A stretch of DNA of 64,000 bases from Aureliella sp. (lineage in GTDB: Bacteria > Planctomycetota > Planctomycetia > Pirellulales > Pirellulaceae), in assembly GCA_963691875.1 (NCBI GenBank), contig OY829846.1, positions 4,192,001 to 4,256,000 on the forward strand, given 5' to 3'. A program made the translations under genes and the position numbers. The notes beneath the pieces were generated by a model, which saw nothing but the letters and a program-made list of their open reading frames with translations, made no database searches and was not told the DNA's origin. Below, one piece after another: positions 60,296-64,000 of the stretch. How positions within the stretch are numbered: the stretch's first letter is position 1; each line of letters opens with the position of its first letter.

Positions 60296-60321
60296 CTGAG
60301 TAGCTAATGAGAAGGTGTGGT

Positions 60322-61635
60322 CTATTCGTGCCTCAATGCTTCGATCGGGTGCATCATGGCGGCCTTACGCGCTGGATAGAGTCCGAACAAAAGTCCAGCT
60401 CCGACCGAGATAAGTAGAGCAAAAGCCACTGACCAAGGTGCAATACGTGGTTCCAGGTTGTGCACGATTGGCGGAAGCGTTTCAGGTGAGATCGTCATGA
60501 TTGCTTGGCGCACCGCTCGAAAGATCGGGCCGCAGCAAAGTCCGAACAGAACGCCAAGTAGCCCTCCGCTGCCGGTCAGCACCAAGGTTTCTGTTAGAAA
60601 CTGTTGAATGATGTCGCTGCGTTTTGCTCCGATCGCCCGACGAATACCAATCTCGCGAGTCCGCTCTGTCACGGTAGCCAGCATAATGTTCATGATGCCA
60701 ATCCCGCCGACGAGCAGAGAGATTCCGGCAATGACGACTAGTAAAACATTGAACATGGCTCGGGTTCGTTCTGCTTGTCGCAAGAGCTCTTTGGGAACGA
60801 CTACCGAGTAGTCTTCGATCTTGTGAAACTTTTTGAGCAGGGATTCGATGATCAAAGCAGTTTCGTCCACCGTTTCGATTTCTTCAACGCTAACGGTGAT
60901 CTGACTAAGCTGGATATTCTCGCCTTCAAATTGACCGCCAGCGATCCTGCGCATGACTAAGTCGCCGACACGAGCTCGCATAGTTTCCAAAGGAATGTAG
61001 GCATCCGTGTTGTAGTCTCTTGCGTCGAGACTTCCGCCGATGGCTGCGGACGCGGTTCGTGCTTGAGTTTGTCCTACAACCGTGTAAAACTCGGCGCCAA
61101 CCCAGATGGACTGTCCAATCGGATTCTTGTAAGGAAACAGACGTTTAGCGCATTCATCTGCCAGGACGATGACCTTTTTTCCGCGATCACGAATGGTAAG
61201 CCAACGGCCACGAGCGATCTCGAGCCGGTTCATCTCCAAGTACTCTTCTTCGCAACCGACTAACTTTGAGTCAACAGTCCGATTGTCGCGGCGGAGCTCA
61301 AAGCGAACTTCGCGCATCGGAATCGCTTTTTCAATTCCAGGGATGTTCTCGACGATCCGCGTGTAATCTTTACGCAGCAAACCATAAGTCTTGACCCGTT
61401 GATTTGCACTATCGCCCTTTGTCGGTGCCACAGTCCGCACGATGACATTGTTCGCGCCGAGTTCCAGGATCTGCTGCTGGGCTCGGTAGCTGACGCCTTC
61501 TCCCATCGCGACCAGCCAAATGACTGTCGTCGTCCCAATGAAGATGCCAAGGGCTGCAAGCCCTGCGCGGAGCTTCTGAAGCAGTAGGCTCTTGATGCCA
61601 AGCTGAATCGTCTGAATAAGCGAACCGCTGATCAT
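60322..61635 (-). CDS. MacB/FtsX-like ABC permease
   Basis: LGIFIG; IAGISLLVGGIGIMNIMLATVTERTREIGIRRAIGA; FGLYPARKAA..PIEALR. Confidence 0.93.
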   Translation of the reverse strand: MISGSLIQTIQLGIKSLLLQKLRAGLAALGIFIGTTTVIWLVAMGEGVSYRAQQQILELGANNVIVRTVAPTKGDSANQRVKTYGLLRKDYTRIVENIPGIEKAIPMREVRFELRRDNRTVDSKLVGCEEEYLEMNRLEIARGRWLTIRDRGKKVIVLADECAKRLFPYKNPIGQSIWVGAEFYTVVGQTQARTASAAIGGSLDARDYNTDAYIPLETMRARVGDLVMRRIAGGQFEGENIQLSQITVSVEEIETVDETALIIESLLKKFHKIEDYSVVVPKELLRQAERTRAMFNVLLVVIAGISLLVGGIGIMNIMLATVTERTREIGIRRAIGAKRSDIIQQFLTETLVLTGSGGLLGVLFGLCCGPIFRAVRQAIMTISPETLPPIVHNLEPRIAPWSVAFALLISVGAGLLFGLYPARKAAMMHPIEALRHE

Positions 61636-63188
61636 TCGGCTACTCCGCCCTTGCTAGCGGGTTTATTCTTCGACGGTTTCTTTGGCGGCTTTGCTTTCAG
61701 GCCTTTTTGCGCTGGCACTGACGTCTTGGTATGTTCCAGGTTCGCTTCAGCTTCGTCCGCGTTTCCCTCCGGCAGAGAATCCTGTTCGGTGGTTTCGTCG
61801 ATCGTTTTCAGAACTTCATTTTTGGCTTCTTCGACAAAAGAGCGAGGATTCAGGATGACTTGCTCGCCTTCCTGGACGCCGCTATCAACGACGAGGTAGA
61901 CATCGTTGCTATCGCCAAGTTTGAGGATGCGGCGTTCTGGCCCAGCCTTTGTTTGAACCCAGCATAAGCTCTCTGTTTCCGTCTCGATTACCGCCGCTAC
62001 CGGAATGGTAACGACATTGGAGTACTCAGCCAGAATGATTTCGACTTCGGCACTCATGCCAGGTCGCAAGTTAGGTGCTTGGGGAAGTTCAATCCATGTA
62101 TCGTACTTCACCACGTTTCCAGTCCACCAGCCAGCGGGTTGAGCCACCGAAGCGATCTCGGAAACCGCGGCTTCGAGTTTGAGTTCCGGAAGCGTCACTT
62201 TGGCTTTCAAGCCCACGTTTAGTCGATCGACAACGGACTCGTGAATACCGACTTTGACTTGCATGTTTTCCAGGTCGGGCATGAGCAGTAAAGTCTGATC
62301 TCGGTGCACTGTCGCGCCTTCCTCAACATCAGGCGTCTTTTCCCAGGCTTGGGCCGAAGGGTAGATGACCATCCCACTCTTGGGCGCATGGATCACGCAG
62401 TGCTTTAACTCCGCCTCCGCCAGATCCCTTCGCGTCCCATCCATTTTCGCGCGTTCTACCAAGGAGTCACGATTTGCCTCAGCGGCTTTGAGTTCGCCTT
62501 TGAGTCGTTTGAGCTCTTCTTCTTTGGTGAATGTTCTGAGCACTTCAATCTCAGTTTGTTGAACGCCAACGTTTAGTTTGGCTTGTTCGACTTGGAATTC
62601 TTTCTCCTCCACCTCCAAGCTACTGACATAGCCGCGTTCGAACATCGACTGCGAATGATCGAGCATGTTCTGAGCGGTTTTAAGGTTTGCCTGAGCAATG
62701 GCCAAATCCTTTTCCATAGTCTTGAGCGAGACCACGTAAGTACCTTCCAAGTACTGTTTGATCGCTAGCTTGGCACGTCGCGCATTGGCTGAAGCAGATT
62801 CAGCGCCAGAACGGGACCAGTGTGCGTATTTAGAACGCTCGTTGATCGTGTCTTCGATAGCCAATGTATCCAGACGACAGAGGACGTCACCTTCTTTGAC
62901 GATAGTGCCATTCTCGATGACCCAGATGACCGTGTTATCGCCTCGGACCTTGCATTTGATCTCAACGTTCTCAGAACTCTCGAGTGTTCCTTGTTCGATT
63001 ACGCTAACTTGGAGATCGCTTCGAGCAATGGTATGAAACAAGGCCTTAGCAGAGCTTTCTACGTTGGATTGTCGCTCGGGCCGAAGCCAGAACCAAAATG
63101 CCAAGACAACCAACGCGCAAAGCAACGCTAGGCTTGGGAATCCAAACCATTTGTGGCTACTACTTTGGTTGTCAGGTTCGCTTGCCAT
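61632..63188 (-). CDS. Efflux periplasmic adaptor (MacA/HlyD-like)
   Basis: TM anchor; GTIVKEGDVL; long coiled coil; IHAPKSG; LRPGMSAEVEI. Confidence 0.9.
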   Translation of the reverse strand: MASEPDNQSSSHKWFGFPSLALLCALVVLAFWFWLRPERQSNVESSAKALFHTIARSDLQVSVIEQGTLESSENVEIKCKVRGDNTVIWVIENGTIVKEGDVLCRLDTLAIEDTINERSKYAHWSRSGAESASANARRAKLAIKQYLEGTYVVSLKTMEKDLAIAQANLKTAQNMLDHSQSMFERGYVSSLEVEEKEFQVEQAKLNVGVQQTEIEVLRTFTKEEELKRLKGELKAAEANRDSLVERAKMDGTRRDLAEAELKHCVIHAPKSGMVIYPSAQAWEKTPDVEEGATVHRDQTLLLMPDLENMQVKVGIHESVVDRLNVGLKAKVTLPELKLEAAVSEIASVAQPAGWWTGNVVKYDTWIELPQAPNLRPGMSAEVEIILAEYSNVVTIPVAAVIETETESLCWVQTKAGPERRILKLGDSNDVYLVVDSGVQEGEQVILNPRSFVEEAKNEVLKTIDETTEQDSLPEGNADEAEANLEHTKTSVPAQKGLKAKPPKKPSKNKPASKGGVAE

Positions 63189-63204
63189 CAGTATTTGTCG
63201 TCAA

Positions 63205-64000
63205 CTAATTCGTCTTTACTGCGACAGCATTGCTGCCGTCGACCGTGACTTCGTCCGATTCATCAATCGTCTTGAGCGTTTCTGATTTGGCTGCATCTAA
63301 GACAGCTGCCGGATTGAGAATGACGTCTTCGCCTTCGTTGAGTCCAGATTTGACAATCACATAGATCTCATTGCTGTCGCCCAGCACCAGCGATCGACGA
63401 TCGAGCTCCCCGTCAGCTTGCTTTACCCAGCAGAGAGTTTCACTTTCGGTTTCGATGATCGCTGCGACGGGAGCGAGAAGTACATTCGTGTGTTCTGCCA
63501 GCACGACTTCTACTTCAGCGCTCATCCCGGGTTTTAGTTCTTCGCCTGGCGGAATGTGGATCCACGTGTCGTACTTGACCATGTTGCCCGTCCACCAACC
63601 GGCGGGACGAGCCACGGCAGCGACTTCTTTCACTGTACCGTTGATATCACCTTCGGTAAGCGTGATACGTGCGCCTTGCCCGACTTTCACTCGATCGATC
63701 ATGGATTCGTGAATGCCCACTTTCACTTGCATCTTCTGCAGGTCTGGCATCAGTAGCAGTGTCTGGTCGCGGCGCACATTGGCTCCTTCGGTAACATCGG
63801 GTGTTTCCTTCCAGGCCGCCGCCGAAGGATAAATCACCATGCCCGATTTGGGCGCTCGGATGATGCACATATCACGTTCTGCAAGAGCGCGATCGCGGCG
63901 ACCTTCATCCATCGCTAGGCCTGCGAGGTCCGCTTTGAGTTTTGAATCCGTGGAGAGAACGCGACCTCGAATCGTCTCGAGGTTCATTTCCTTGGTGTAG
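63205..64000 (-). CDS. Second efflux periplasmic adaptor (3' part; starts beyond window)
   Basis: IRAPKSGMVIY; LKPGMSAEVEV; close paralogue of 61632-63188. Confidence 0.88.
   Translation of the reverse strand, partial: YTKEMNLETIRGRVLSTDSKLKADLAGLAMDEGRRDRALAERDMCIIRAPKSGMVIYPSAAAWKETPDVTEGANVRRDQTLLLMPDLQKMQVKVGIHESMIDRVKVGQGARITLTEGDINGTVKEVAAVARPAGWWTGNMVKYDTWIHIPPGEELKPGMSAEVEVVLAEHTNVLLAPVAAIIETESETLCWVKQADGELDRRSLVLGDSNEIYVIVKSGLNEGEDVILNPAAVLDAAKSETLKTIDESDEVTVDGSNAVAVKTN

Noticed and set aside
512..63868. Numerous 60-260 aa antisense or overlapping ORFs in the ORF track (e.g. 14509-15288, 23510-24169, 26409-26981)
   Set aside because: They are shadows of well-supported genes on the other strand or frame, with no motifs.
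61632..64000. Tandem adaptor paralogues as a novel system
   Set aside because: Duplicated MacA-like adaptors before a MacB-like permease are an ordinary arrangement.

Overview
Chromosomal window from a bacterium whose gene content points to Planctomycetota, probably Pirellulaceae-like. Supporting genes include a sulfatase, tandem DUF1080, a PQQ-like propeller, a DUF1559 remnant, an ECF/Ser-Thr kinase pair and a MoxR/DUF58/BatA/vWA module. I saw no rRNA, tRNA, CRISPR array, transposase or integrase. Main blocks: (i) a type I secretion-like locus (HlyD, ABC exporter with a degenerate ATPase, wHTH regulator, frameshifted TolC); (ii) sugar catabolism genes; (iii) two halves of a MoxR-vWA-prenyltransferase-fold module about 40 kb apart on opposite strands; (iv) a tetraether-synthase (Tes/MJ0619)-like radical SAM gene near a TIGR03960-type radical SAM gene; (v) a decaying ECF-kinase locus; (vi) a ~12 kb metal/zinc-starvation island; (vii) phospholipid genes and a MacAB-like exporter. 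The island (38.6-50.6 kb) holds a Fur-family regulator, three copies of a TGCA-N7-TGCA palindrome, FolE2, MerC-like, RcnA-like, AztD-like and His/CPFC lipoprotein genes. It also has a DUF2946-like CxxC...RGPP leader peptide followed by a palindromic 12-bp tandem repeat. There are three small dispersed-repeat families, one with a copy read in frame inside a CDS, and at least seven pseudogenes. All family assignments are from motif recognition by eye, not database searches.
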